Positions 35,935 to 45,767 of a stretch of DNA of 47,924 nucleotides are shown piece after piece. The stretch is from Gemmatimonadales bacterium (lineage in GTDB: Bacteria > Gemmatimonadota > Gemmatimonadetes > Gemmatimonadales > GWC2-71-9), in the NCBI GenBank assembly GCA_036741755.1, contig DAINRP010000001.1:1-47924 (forward strand), in the 5' to 3' direction. The notes beneath the pieces were generated by a model. That model had not been told where the DNA came from, ran no database searches, and saw only the letters and a program-made list of their open reading frames with translations. The position numbers and the translations under genes are program-made. The stretch's first letter is position 1, and every line of letters begins with the position of its first letter.

Positions 35935-38727
35935 ATGCCACGATTCGTGGTAAGAACCATCGTATGTGCTGTCCTGGCCGCCGCGCTGCTCGGAGGGCCA
36001 CGTTCCCTCGCGGCGCAGTCGGGGACGGTTCAGGGCAAGGTCACCGACAGCACGGGCGCCGCGATCGGCGGCGCGATCGTCACCGTGGACCATACCGGCC
36101 TCCGGGTCACGACGTCAGGGGTCGGCAAGTACGTCATCCGTGGCATACCCAAGGGCGGGCAGACCCTGCAGGTGCGCGCGATCGGATATACCCCCGCCAC
36201 GGTCGGGGTGACGATCGCGGGATCGGACGTCGTCGAGCAGGACATCATGCTCACCCGCTCAGCGGTGGAGCTGGCCCCGATCGACGTCGTCATCGGTTCC
36301 CGCGGCCGGCACACCACTGCGGAAGAGCTGGCAGTGCCGGTGGACGTCTATACATCCGAGGACATCCAGCGGCAGGGCACCACCGAGACCAGCCAGATCC
36401 TGGCGGCGCTCTCGCCGTCGGTGAACTTCCCGGTCCAGACCGTAACGGACGGGACCGACATCGTGCGTCCGTTCACGATGCGAGGCCTGTCGCCCGACCA
36501 CACGCTGGTGCTGGTAAACGGCTGGCGCCGTCACCAGACCGCCCTGCTCAACACCTTCCCGCTCGGCTCGCCGGCGGGCTCGAGCGGCGTCGACCTGAAT
36601 GCCATTCCGGGTAGCGCCATCGAGCGCATTGAAGTGCTGCGGGACGGTGCCTCTTCCCAGTATGGATCCGACGCCATTGCAGGCGTGGTCAACATCGTCA
36701 TGAAGGAGGGTCAGTTCTCGCCCTTCGTCAACGCGAGCGCCGGCCGGTATTTCACCGGCAAGGGCTATAAGGACGACGGGACCACGACCAATGTGAACGG
36801 CGGCGTGGGCATCAAGCTGGGCCGCGGCTCGCTCGGCCTCTTCGGCGAGTTCCAGAACCGGCAGGCGACCAACCGGGCCTTTCCCGATGGCAGCTTCACC
36901 GACCTCAACGGGCTCACCGACTCGGTCGACGTGAATACTGGCCAGATCATCCTCAAGCGAACCGGCCTCCCCCAGCCCGTCAACCACTTCGGCGATGGCC
37001 TGGAGCGCGACCTGCTGTCCTTTGCGAACCTGCGGATGCCGCTCAACGCCAGCGGATCGAGCGAGTTCTACGCCTTCGGCGGCTACAGCAACCGGGTCGG
37101 CACCGGCAACGGCTACTACCGCAAGCCGTTCAACAATCGCAACTGGCCGCAGATCTACCCGTACGGATTCCTGCCGGAGTTCCGGCCGAATGTCAACGAC
37201 TACTCGGCGGTCGCCGGCTTCCGCACCAGCTTCTCCGGCTGGGCCTTCGATGCCGGCGCCTCCTACGGCCGCAACTCGTTCAAGTACCGGCTCCGCAATA
37301 CGCTGAACCCGTCGCTGGGCCCCTGCCTGGACGTGGCCTGCGCGCCGGGAGCCGATGGCATCCTCGGCACGTCCGACGATCCGGATATCCCGAACCAGAC
37401 CAGCTTCGACGCCGGCAGCTTGCGGCGGGGTGAGGTCCTGGTGGGCCTCAACCTGTCGAAGCCGATCAAGTTGGGACTTCCCAACCCGGTGAGTGTCGCC
37501 ATCGGCGGGGCCTATCGTCGGGAGAAATACGAAATCGTCGCGGGAGAGTTCGCCTCGTACGTCAACGGCAATCATCAGAATCAGGACAGCGTCGCCAATC
37601 CCGGCGCCGCCCCGGCAGGCTCCTCGGTCTTCTCCGGCTTCTCCCCGACGGACGCCAGCAACAACTCGCGCAACAACATCGGCGGGTATCTCGAGCTGGA
37701 GTCGGAACTCAGCAAGCAGCTGCTGGTGAACATCGCCGGCCGCTTCGAGCACTACAGCGACTTCGGCTCGCGGCTGACGGGCAAGGCCGCGGTGCGGGTG
37801 CAACCGAGCAAGCGGATCGTCATTCGTGGTGCCGCGAGCACCGGCTTCCGCGCGCCCGGTCTGGCGCAGAGCTATTTCAGCCACGTCACCACGAATTTCA
37901 TCGCCGGCACGCTGGTCGAAGTGGGCAACTTCCCGGTCGGCAACCGGGCATCACGGATCTTCGGGGCCAAGCCCCTCAAGGAAGAGACATCGGTGAATCT
38001 GAGCGGCGGCATCGTGGTCTCGCCGACGGACAACTTCTCGCTGACGGTCGACGTGTTCCACATCAAGATCGACAACCGCATCATCCTCGGTGCCACGTTT
38101 GACGCGGGCGACTCGGTCGTGGCGCGCATCCTGTCCGATTCGGGCCTCACCACCATCGGCGGCGTGCAGTTCCCGACCAACGGGCTGGACACCAAGACCG
38201 ACGGTATCGACCTCACGGCCAATCTCCGGGTGCCGGCCGGAAGTGGCACGCTGGACCTGAATGCGTCGGCCAACTACACCAAGAACAAGATCACCCACGT
38301 GGACGGTCTGCCACCGATTCTGCAGGGCACGGGAACCTCCTTCACCGGCTCCCTCGACCTGCTCACCACGCTGGCGATCACCAGGGAGCGCCCGGACTGG
38401 CGTGGGACGCTGACGGCGACCTGGTCGACCGGCCGCTTCCATGCACTGGGACGGGGGTTGTACTACGGCTCCGGCCGTTCCGCCGAGTTTGGTGGCGTGG
38501 TCGGCGAGACCTTTGCCGCCAAGACCATCTTCGATGCCGAAATCGGCTATCGCTTCAATCAGGTGAACATCTCGTTCGGCGCGAAGAACCTCTTCGATAC
38601 CTATCCGTCGAAGATGAAGGACATCGACAACAACAACAACTACACCTTCCCGTGGGCCGTGGCCTCGCCGTTCGGCTACAACGGGCGCTACCTCTACACT
38701 CGTGCGGAGATGGTGCTGGGCTGGTAA
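35935..38727 (+). CDS. TonB-dependent outer-membrane receptor with an N-terminal CarboxypepD_reg-like domain
   Basis: 930 aa. A signal peptide is followed by SGTVQGKVTDSTGAAIGGAIVTV...YVIRGIPKGGQTLQVRAIGY. The plug has FTMRGLSPDHTLVLVNGWR and IERIEVLRDGASSQYGSDAIAGVVNI. The beta-barrel ends in an aromatic residue (LGW). Confidence 0.9.
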   Translation: MPRFVVRTIVCAVLAAALLGGPRSLAAQSGTVQGKVTDSTGAAIGGAIVTVDHTGLRVTTSGVGKYVIRGIPKGGQTLQVRAIGYTPATVGVTIAGSDVVEQDIMLTRSAVELAPIDVVIGSRGRHTTAEELAVPVDVYTSEDIQRQGTTETSQILAALSPSVNFPVQTVTDGTDIVRPFTMRGLSPDHTLVLVNGWRRHQTALLNTFPLGSPAGSSGVDLNAIPGSAIERIEVLRDGASSQYGSDAIAGVVNIVMKEGQFSPFVNASAGRYFTGKGYKDDGTTTNVNGGVGIKLGRGSLGLFGEFQNRQATNRAFPDGSFTDLNGLTDSVDVNTGQIILKRTGLPQPVNHFGDGLERDLLSFANLRMPLNASGSSEFYAFGGYSNRVGTGNGYYRKPFNNRNWPQIYPYGFLPEFRPNVNDYSAVAGFRTSFSGWAFDAGASYGRNSFKYRLRNTLNPSLGPCLDVACAPGADGILGTSDDPDIPNQTSFDAGSLRRGEVLVGLNLSKPIKLGLPNPVSVAIGGAYRREKYEIVAGEFASYVNGNHQNQDSVANPGAAPAGSSVFSGFSPTDASNNSRNNIGGYLELESELSKQLLVNIAGRFEHYSDFGSRLTGKAAVRVQPSKRIVIRGAASTGFRAPGLAQSYFSHVTTNFIAGTLVEVGNFPVGNRASRIFGAKPLKEETSVNLSGGIVVSPTDNFSLTVDVFHIKIDNRIILGATFDAGDSVVARILSDSGLTTIGGVQFPTNGLDTKTDGIDLTANLRVPAGSGTLDLNASANYTKNKITHVDGLPPILQGTGTSFTGSLDLLTTLAITRERPDWRGTLTATWSTGRFHALGRGLYYGSGRSAEFGGVVGETFAAKTIFDAEIGYRFNQVNISFGAKNLFDTYPSKMKDIDNNNNYTFPWAVASPFGYNGRYLYTRAEMVLGW

Positions 38728-38741
38728 GACTCGCCACGAAC

Positions 38742-38803
38742 CCCTTCCCCACTTCGGGAAGGGACACAGCACGGAGCGGGGACGGGCAGCGGCCCGTCCC
38801 CGC
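38742..38803. terminator. Two tandem stem-loops between convergent genes (bidirectional terminator region)
   Basis: cccttccc (38742..38749) pairs with gggaaggg (38756..38763). gcggggacgggc (38776..38787) pairs with gcccgtccccgc (38792..38803) as a perfect 12-bp stem with a 4-nt loop. The region lies between the receptor stop (38727) and the mgtE stop (38824). Confidence 0.6.
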
Positions 38804-38823
38804 TCTGCATTCGCGACCTCGGA

Positions 38824-40173
38824 CTAGACGCCGAGGATGATGCTGGTCAGGCCGAAGAGCAGCAGGAAGCCGCAGACGTCGGTGAACGTCGTCACGAAGA
38901 TCGATGAGGCCACTGCGGGGTCGATGTCGAACCTGGCGAGGAGCAGCGGGATGAACGCACCTGCGAAGCCCGCCACGAACAGATTCCCGGTCATCGCGAG
39001 GAATACCACCAGCCCGAGTCGCGCGCCGTGGCCGAGCATGAGCGCCACGAGTGCCGCGGCGGCGCCATTGGCCATGCCGTTGGCGATCCCGACCAGGACC
39101 TCCTTGCCGATGACGCTCATCGCCCGGCCGGCGGGAATGAGACCCAGCGCCACACGCCGGACGGTGACCGCGAGCGCCTGGGTACCGCCGTTGCCCCCCA
39201 TCCCCGCGATGACGGGCATCCAGAAGACGAGGGCGAGCACCTTGCTCACCTCGTTCTGAAAGCGAGACGCTACCCAGCCGGCGAGGAACGCCGTGAGGAG
39301 GTTCAGCAGCAGCCAGGGAAGGCGGCTCCGGACGGCGCCGGTCCAGGTGGCGGCGAGCTCTTCGTCGGCGGAGGTACCGCCGAACTTGAGCAGGTCCTCG
39401 GTCTGTTCCGCCTCGACGACATCGATTACGTCATCGAACGTCACCTGGCCGAGCAGGCGCCCGCCTCCATCGACCACGGGCACCGCCGGCACGTTGTAGC
39501 GGCTCATGACGCGGGCGACTTCCTCCTGGTCCAGCTCCGGCGCCACCCGGATCTCGGTGTCCTCCATGAACTCGGAGACCACGCGACTCGCGGGGCTGGT
39601 GACGAGCCGCTTGATGGGGAGCACCCCCAGCAGGTGGTCGCTCTCGTCGACCACGTACACCTGGGTGAAGTCCTCGATCTCTTCCGCCTGCCGTCGCAGT
39701 GACTCGATCGCCTCTCCCGCGGTGCTTTCGGCCCGCACGGTGACGACCTGCGCGGTCATCAGGCCGCCGGCGGTCTCCGGGTCGTACCGCAGCAGGTCCT
39801 CGATGTCCTGGCGGTCTTCGACTTCGGCGAGCACCCGCTCCTGGTCCTCAGGATCGAGGCCGCCGACGAGGTCGGCCGCCTCGTCATCCGGCAGTCCCTC
39901 GATGATTTCGCCGGCCGCCTCGGGCGCCTCGGTCGCGAGACTTTCCATCGTCTCCTCGACCTGCGCCTCGTCCGGCATCTCCATCAGCGCCGCGCCTGAC
40001 AACCTGCGTGGCAGCGCCTTGACGACTTCGAGGCGCTCCTCATCATTGAGCGAGGAAAGCACGTCGCCGAGGTCGGCGGGCTCCGCCTTTTCCGCGAGGG
40101 CGAGGAAGCCGCGCAGGTTGCCGCGCTCGATCAGGTCGAGCATGGCGCGGACGATCGTAGTCGCGCGACTCAT
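38824..40173 (-). CDS. mgtE: Magnesium transporter MgtE
   Basis: 449 aa. An acidic MgtE N-domain, a CBS pair (LMTAQVVTVRAESTAGEAI...VYVVDESDHLLGVLPIKRLV) and a C-terminal 5-TM domain (GMGGNGGTQALAV). Confidence 0.92.
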   Translation of the reverse strand: MSRATTIVRAMLDLIERGNLRGFLALAEKAEPADLGDVLSSLNDEERLEVVKALPRRLSGAALMEMPDEAQVEETMESLATEAPEAAGEIIEGLPDDEAADLVGGLDPEDQERVLAEVEDRQDIEDLLRYDPETAGGLMTAQVVTVRAESTAGEAIESLRRQAEEIEDFTQVYVVDESDHLLGVLPIKRLVTSPASRVVSEFMEDTEIRVAPELDQEEVARVMSRYNVPAVPVVDGGGRLLGQVTFDDVIDVVEAEQTEDLLKFGGTSADEELAATWTGAVRSRLPWLLLNLLTAFLAGWVASRFQNEVSKVLALVFWMPVIAGMGGNGGTQALAVTVRRVALGLIPAGRAMSVIGKEVLVGIANGMANGAAAALVALMLGHGARLGLVVFLAMTGNLFVAGFAGAFIPLLLARFDIDPAVASSIFVTTFTDVCGFLLLFGLTSIILGV

Positions 40174-41372
40174 GCGTTGCCTCCTCCGGTGACCGGCGGC
40201 GCCAGCACCACGGGCACCGGAGCACCTCGGCGTATCAGCACCCGCTCAATTCTGGTGGGGCCGGCCTGCAGCACGTCGAACTCCAGCCCGCGCACCAGGA
40301 AGCGTTCGCCAGCCAGGGGAATGCGCCCAGCCAGTTCGACCAGCAGGCCACTGGCCGTGCTCGTCTTGGCGGAGGGCAGCGCCACTTCGAAATGCTCCTC
40401 GATGGCGGCAATCGGCGTCGCGCCATCGACCTCGAACAGGCCCGGACCGGCGGCGATGGGCCCCGAGGCATCGGACTCATCGAAGATCTCCCCCACGAGT
40501 TCCTCGAGCAGATCCTCGAGGGTGACGATGCCGAGCGTCCCGCCGAATTCGTCCAGCACCACGGCAAGGTGACGGCGCTCCCGCTGCATGTCGAGCAGCA
40601 GGTCACCGCAGGTCCGGCCGGCGGGAGCGTTCGCCACGGGACGGATGGGCAGCCGGTCGCCGGGCCGCAGCTTGAAGAGATCGAAGGCGTGCAGCATCCC
40701 GACGATCTCGTCCAGGGTGCCGCGGTACACCGGGAGTCGGCTGTACCCGCTCTGTGCGAACACCGCCGCGATGTCCTCGAGCGAGTCGTCTTCGGACACC
40801 GCGACGAGATCCGTGCGCGGCGTCATCACCTCGCGGGCCGGCCGGTCGGTGAAGGTCATCACCCCGCCCACCATGATGAGTTCGTCGTCGGCGGTGAGGC
40901 CGGCGGCGGCGCCCTCCCGCCAGACGGCGCGCAGTTCGCTCGGGCCGGGCAGCGTCCTCGCCGGCAGGACGATGCCGATCACGCGCGCCAGCGGACGCAG
41001 CGCCGGGACGACCAGATTGCGAAGCGCTTCGGCGCGCGGCCGGGCCACCCAACGCGGGATCAGATAACCCGCCAGCAGCACCAGCGGCACTGCGACCAGC
41101 ACCAGCAGCAGCGCCAGTGCCGCGAGAGTGAAGCCCGAGAAGAATGCGGGGATCGCGGCGCCGATGACGATGACGTCGAGCGCCGTGAGCGTCGCCGTGA
41201 CCCCGAGATACTCCTCCATCTCCGCGAGCCATGGCAGCGAGCCGGTCTTGCCCCGGAGCTGGGTCGCCACCGCGCGGGTGAGTTCCATCCGGCTCAGCGA
41301 CACCAGGGCCGTACCGGCCATCGCACCGAAGATGGCCAGGCCGAGACCGACAAGGAGCACAGTCCAGATCAT
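40170..41372 (-). CDS. CNNM/HlyC-CorC family transporter (DUF21, CBS pair, CorC_HlyC)
   Basis: 400 aa. An N-terminal TM DUF21 domain, then VMTPRTDLVAVSEDDSLEDI...GYSRLPVYRGTLDEIVGML...AVVLDEFGGTLGIVTLEDLLEELVGEI, and a C-terminal transporter-associated domain. ATGA overlaps at both ends. Confidence 0.88.
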   Translation of the reverse strand: MIWTVLLVGLGLAIFGAMAGTALVSLSRMELTRAVATQLRGKTGSLPWLAEMEEYLGVTATLTALDVIVIGAAIPAFFSGFTLAALALLLVLVAVPLVLLAGYLIPRWVARPRAEALRNLVVPALRPLARVIGIVLPARTLPGPSELRAVWREGAAAGLTADDELIMVGGVMTFTDRPAREVMTPRTDLVAVSEDDSLEDIAAVFAQSGYSRLPVYRGTLDEIVGMLHAFDLFKLRPGDRLPIRPVANAPAGRTCGDLLLDMQRERRHLAVVLDEFGGTLGIVTLEDLLEELVGEIFDESDASGPIAAGPGLFEVDGATPIAAIEEHFEVALPSAKTSTASGLLVELAGRIPLAGERFLVRGLEFDVLQAGPTRIERVLIRRGAPVPVVLAPPVTGGGNA

Positions 41373-42562
41373 CGGGCCGCCTCCTCCGCCTCGGATTCAG
41401 CACGGAGCGGCCGGCTGACCAGCACCCGGCGCACCCGCCGGCGGGCGACCTGCTCTACCAGCAGATCGATCCCGTCGACCTCGGTGCGCTCGCCGCTCCG
41501 GGGGACGCGGCCGAAGGCATCGAGGACCAGCCCTCCGACGGTCGTGAGGTCCTCGCGGTGGAAGCTGTGGCCCAGCCGCGACTCGAGTTCGGACAGCGGC
41601 ACGCCGCCCTCGACGGAGAGGCGCCCTTCGCCGGCGTCGACGACCTGCGGAGCCTCCTCCGTGTCGTGCTCATCCTGGATCTCGCCCACCACCTGTTCAA
41701 GGATGTCCTCGAGGGTCACGATGCCGGCGGTGCCGCCAAACTCATCCACCACCACCGCCAGATGGCTGGGACCGCGCTGGAAATCGCGCAGCTGCCGGTC
41801 CAGGGTCTTTCCCTCCGGCACGAACGCCGCCGGACGGATCAGGGCGTGCCAGTCCTCGGCGGCCTTCTGGTTTGGCAGCGTCGCGAGCATGTCCTTGGCG
41901 TAGAGCACTCCCACCAGGGCATCCGGGTTGTCGTCGTACACGAGAATGCGCGCATACTCCGAGCGCTGCAGCGTCGCGATGACTTCATCGCGGCCGGCGG
42001 CGGAGTCCACTGCGACGATGTCGATCCGCGGCGTCATGACCTCTTCCACGGTCATGTCCGCGAGGGAGAACAGGCCGAGGAGCATGTCCCGGCGCACCGA
42101 CCCGCGCTCCCGGTTCACGGGAGCGGCGGGGGGACGGAGTTCGCTGTCGGCCCAGGCGATGATGCGGAAGAGCAACGAGAAACCGCCGAGGCTTCTGAGC
42201 GCAGCGGGTCGTATCAGGGGCGGCAGCTCCGGTGCGACTGCCGCAAGAACTCGTGGCAGCACGCTGCCCACCACCCAGACGAGCAGCACTGAGAGCAGGA
42301 GTCGAGGCAGGGCCCCCGCGGGAGCCCACGCCCACCAGCTCTCCGCGATGCCGGCCGAGGCTCCCGCAAGAATGAGGAGGGCCAGGTGGCCGACGTACAG
42401 GGCACGGGCCGGGGGAAGCCGGCGCGCGTCCCCCTGCTGCTGATCGGTGAGAATCCGGGGGACCTCGGCATCGGCTTCGCCGGCGAGCGAGAGCCAGGCC
42501 GCCCAGAGCGCGAACAGCACCGTTGCGGCGGGTGTGATGAGGAGATGCAGGGTTTCGATCAC
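41369..42562 (-). CDS. Second CNNM/HlyC-CorC family transporter paralog
   Basis: Same architecture as the previous gene (VMTPRIDIVAVDSAAGRDEV...YARILVYDDNPDALVGVL...AVVVDEFGGTAGIVTLEDILEQVVGEI). I prefer the GTG at 42562 (GTGA overlap with the ybeY stop) over the track ATG at 42598. Confidence 0.85.
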   Translation of the reverse strand: MIETLHLLITPAATVLFALWAAWLSLAGEADAEVPRILTDQQQGDARRLPPARALYVGHLALLILAGASAGIAESWWAWAPAGALPRLLLSVLLVWVVGSVLPRVLAAVAPELPPLIRPAALRSLGGFSLLFRIIAWADSELRPPAAPVNRERGSVRRDMLLGLFSLADMTVEEVMTPRIDIVAVDSAAGRDEVIATLQRSEYARILVYDDNPDALVGVLYAKDMLATLPNQKAAEDWHALIRPAAFVPEGKTLDRQLRDFQRGPSHLAVVVDEFGGTAGIVTLEDILEQVVGEIQDEHDTEEAPQVVDAGEGRLSVEGGVPLSELESRLGHSFHREDLTTVGGLVLDAFGRVPRSGERTEVDGIDLLVEQVARRRVRRVLVSRPLRAESEAEEAAR

Positions 42563-42978
42563 GCGAGCGCTCTCACGTAGCGTTCCTGCTTCCGCCACAT
42601 CGGGGAACGGGTGCGATCAGCGCCGTCTGGATGATCGTGCCCGAGCACGTGAAGGGTCCCGTGCACCACCAGGCGCACCAGCTCCTCCCGCTCCCGCACC
42701 CCGAGCGTGCGGGCCTGCGCCCGGGCGACGGCCGGACAGATGTAGATGTCGCCGGTGAGAACTCCGTCAGGCGGAAGGAGCGCGAAGGAGAGCACATCGG
42801 TTGGGTAGTCATGTCCCTTCCATTCACGGTTCAGCGCCCGCATCCGCGCCGGACCGAGGAAGGTGACGGTGACGTCGGCGGATCGCCGCTCGCCCGTGAG
42901 CACCGCCCTCACGAGGCGGGTGACCGTGCGCTCCGGCAGTCCCGGGCGCGGACGGCTAGCCGTTCGCGTCCTCCGCAT
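42559..42978 (-). CDS. ybeY: rRNA maturation endoribonuclease YbeY
   Basis: YPTDVLSF and VVHGTLHVLGHDHPDG contain the H-x3-H-x5-H zinc motif. It sits between the phoH-like and corC-like genes, as in many bacteria. Confidence 0.9.
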   Translation of the reverse strand: MRRTRTASRPRPGLPERTVTRLVRAVLTGERRSADVTVTFLGPARMRALNREWKGHDYPTDVLSFALLPPDGVLTGDIYICPAVARAQARTLGVREREELVRLVVHGTLHVLGHDHPDGADRTRSPMWRKQERYVRALA

Positions 42979-43906
42979 AGGCCTTGATGATTTCCCGTAC
43001 CAGCTTGTGCCGGACGACGTCGGTTTCGTCGAGATAGCAGAAGGCGATGCCGTCGACCCCCGGCAGAATCCGCTCTACCTGCACCAGGCCGGAATCCTCA
43101 CGCTTGGGGAGGTCGATCTGGGTCTTGTCGCCGGTGACCACCACCTTGCTGTTCACACCGAGGCGGGTAAGGAACATCTTCATCTGCGCGCCGGTCGCGT
43201 TCTGCGCTTCGTCGAGGATGATGAAGGCATCGGCGAGCGTGCGGCCGCGCATATACGCGAGGGGCGCGATTTCGATCGTCCGGGTCTCGAGCGCCTTCTG
43301 GACCCGGTCGTGCGGCATCATGTCCTCGAGCGCATCGTAGAGCGGGCGCAGGTAAGGATCGACCTTCGCTTGCAGATCGCCCGGCAGGAAGCCGAGTGAT
43401 TCTCCTGCTTCCACCGCGGGACGCGCGAGCACAATGCGCTTCACCCGCTTGCGTGCCAGCGCCTCGACCGCCTTGGCGACCGCGAGATAGGTCTTGCCGG
43501 TGCCCGCCGGCCCGATGCCGATCACGATGTCGTGGGTCGCGACCGCCTGCAGGTACTCCTTCTGGCCCTGGGTCTTCGGCACGATCACCCGGCGGAGTCC
43601 GGGCAGGATGATCTTGTGGTCCGCGTGTCCGAGCGGCTCGGGCGACGGCCCTGCCGCCACCAGGCGCGAGACATCCTCGGGCGTCACCGTTTCGCCCATC
43701 CGGGCGAGTTCGAGCATGCCCTGCACCACCGGAGCCGCGCGCTCCACCTGCTCCAGCGAGCCACCCAGCGTGAGGGTGTCGCCGCGCAGCGTCACCCGCA
43801 CGCCGGTGGCGCGGCTCAGCTCGATGAGGTTGCCCTCGCTGACACCGGCCAGCAGCAGGGGATCCGCACCCTCGGTCGAGAGCCGGTGCAGCAGGTCGTC
43901 GGTCAT
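42956..43906 (-). CDS. phoH: PhoH-like ATPase (PhoH/YbeZ)
   Basis: GIGPAGTGKTYLAVAKAVEAL (Walker A), ILDEAQN and KVVVTGDKTQIDLP. The start could be 43906 (MTDDLLHRL) or the track start at 43957, so the N-terminus is uncertain. Confidence 0.88.
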   Translation of the reverse strand: MTDDLLHRLSTEGADPLLLAGVSEGNLIELSRATGVRVTLRGDTLTLGGSLEQVERAAPVVQGMLELARMGETVTPEDVSRLVAAGPSPEPLGHADHKIILPGLRRVIVPKTQGQKEYLQAVATHDIVIGIGPAGTGKTYLAVAKAVEALARKRVKRIVLARPAVEAGESLGFLPGDLQAKVDPYLRPLYDALEDMMPHDRVQKALETRTIEIAPLAYMRGRTLADAFIILDEAQNATGAQMKMFLTRLGVNSKVVVTGDKTQIDLPKREDSGLVQVERILPGVDGIAFCYLDETDVVRHKLVREIIKAYAEDANG

Positions 43907-43997
43907 GCGGTCGGCTCCCGGGGGCACGAGACAGGGGTGACGGCGCCGGTCACCCACAGGGAATCACGGCGCTGGAGCGCCAGGGACGACCGCCGCG

Positions 43998-45767
43998 TCA
44001 CGGTGTCACGGCGATGTGGAGGGCACGCAGGTCATCCGGATTCACGAGCGTCGGTGCGCCCTCGAAGAGCGCCCGGGCGGCCGTCGTCTTCGGAAAGGCG
44101 ATCACGTCCCGCAGATTGGTCGCGCCGGCGAGCAGCATGGTGATCCGGTCGAAGCCGAGCGCGAAGCCGCCGTGGGGCGGCGCGCCCGCCGCCAGACCGT
44201 CCAGCAGGAATCCAAAGCGGCGGCGAATCTCCTCCGGGCTCACGCCTAACAGCTTGAAGATGGTGCGCTGCACGGCCGGGTTGGTGATCCGGATCGAGCC
44301 GCTGCCCAGTTCGTTGCCGTTGTACACGGCGTCGTAATGCATCGCCTTGCAGTGCCATGGGTCCGATTCGAGCCGCCCGACATCATCCGGGTGGGGCGAG
44401 GTGAACGGATGGTGCACGAAGATCCACTGTCCGGTCGCGGGGTCCTGCTCGAAGAGCGGGAAGTCCACGATCCAGCAGAAGGCGTGTTTTGCCGAGGCGA
44501 CCGTCCCCGGTCGTCTCACCAGTTCCGTCCGCACCGCATGCAGGGCCGGGTTGGTCACCTCGTCCTTGCCCACGACGGCGAGCAGCAGATCACCTTCGGC
44601 TGCCGGGACCGCTGCGAGCCCCTCGGCGCCGAACGCCTTCACGCCCTGCCCCTCCCATCCCGCCGCGGTGCGCCGGGCCCAGATGAGCCCGCCCGCCTTG
44701 GCGCTCTTGGCCGCGGCGGCGAGGGTGTCCAGTTCCTTGCGGCTCGCCGCACCCGCGCCCGTCGCGACGATCCCGCGGAGTCGGCCGCCCTCGGCCAGCG
44801 CCGTCCTGACGAAGTCCGCGGCGTCCGGCTTCACCAGTGCACTCAGGTCGCGGATCTCGAACCCGAAGCGCAGGTCCGGTTTGTCGATGCCGTAGCGCTC
44901 CATGGCATCGCGATACGCCAGCCGGCGGAATGGGGCCTCCACCTGTTCACCCGCCTCATCCCACAGCGCCACCAGCACCGCCTCGATGAAACCCTGCACA
45001 TCCTCCTGCGCGACGAAGGACGATTCGATGTCGATCTGGGTGAACTCCGGTTGCCGGTCGGCGCGGAGATCTTCGTCGCGGAAGCAGCGGGCGATCTGGA
45101 AGTATCGGTCGAATCCGGCCACCATCAGCAGCTGCTTGTAGATCTGCGGCGACTGCGGCAGGGCGTAGAACTCGCCGGCATGGACCCGGCTCGGCACCAG
45201 GTAGTCGCGGGCGCCTTCCGGGGTCGGCTTCGTCAGGATCGGCGTCTCGATCTCGAGGAACCCGAGATCCGAAAGCGTGCGCCGGGCCCGCTGCAGCAGC
45301 CGATGCCGGAGCATGATGTTCTGCTGCAGCTCGGGCCGCCGAAGGTCGAGCACCCGGTGCTTGAGGCGTAGCTCCTCCGCCGGAAGCTCCTCGCCTTCCT
45401 TGCGTGCCACCGGAATCGCCGGGGTCTGTGCCGGGCCCACCACTTCGAGGCGAGTGACGCGCACCTCGATCTCCCGTGAGGCAAGCTGGGAATCGCGGGC
45501 GCCTTCCGGGCGGAGTTCGACGGTGCCTTCCGCCAGGATCACCGACTCCGCCCCGAGGGTGCCGGCCAGGTCGAGGACGTCATGCGGCGTCCAGCGCGGA
45601 TCGAACGAGAGCTGCACCAGGCCATCGCGGTCGCGCAGGTCCAAGAAGAGCAGGCCACCGAGGTCGCGCACCCGGTGCACCCAGCCGCCCAGGCGAACGG
45701 CGAGGCCGACATGCTCACGGCGGAGACTCCCCGCGCGATGACTGCGGAGGGCGGTGGCGGCGGTCAT
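43998..45767 (-). CDS. aspS: Aspartyl-tRNA synthetase, bacterial type
   Basis: 589 aa. Contains GWVHRVRDLGGLLFLDLRDRDGLVQL (OB fold), FRDEDLRADRQPEFTQID (motif 2), the bacterial insertion domain, and GGFALGFDRITMLL (motif 3). Confidence 0.95.
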   Translation of the reverse strand: MTAATALRSHRAGSLRREHVGLAVRLGGWVHRVRDLGGLLFLDLRDRDGLVQLSFDPRWTPHDVLDLAGTLGAESVILAEGTVELRPEGARDSQLASREIEVRVTRLEVVGPAQTPAIPVARKEGEELPAEELRLKHRVLDLRRPELQQNIMLRHRLLQRARRTLSDLGFLEIETPILTKPTPEGARDYLVPSRVHAGEFYALPQSPQIYKQLLMVAGFDRYFQIARCFRDEDLRADRQPEFTQIDIESSFVAQEDVQGFIEAVLVALWDEAGEQVEAPFRRLAYRDAMERYGIDKPDLRFGFEIRDLSALVKPDAADFVRTALAEGGRLRGIVATGAGAASRKELDTLAAAAKSAKAGGLIWARRTAAGWEGQGVKAFGAEGLAAVPAAEGDLLLAVVGKDEVTNPALHAVRTELVRRPGTVASAKHAFCWIVDFPLFEQDPATGQWIFVHHPFTSPHPDDVGRLESDPWHCKAMHYDAVYNGNELGSGSIRITNPAVQRTIFKLLGVSPEEIRRRFGFLLDGLAAGAPPHGGFALGFDRITMLLAGATNLRDVIAFPKTTAARALFEGAPTLVNPDDLRALHIAVTP

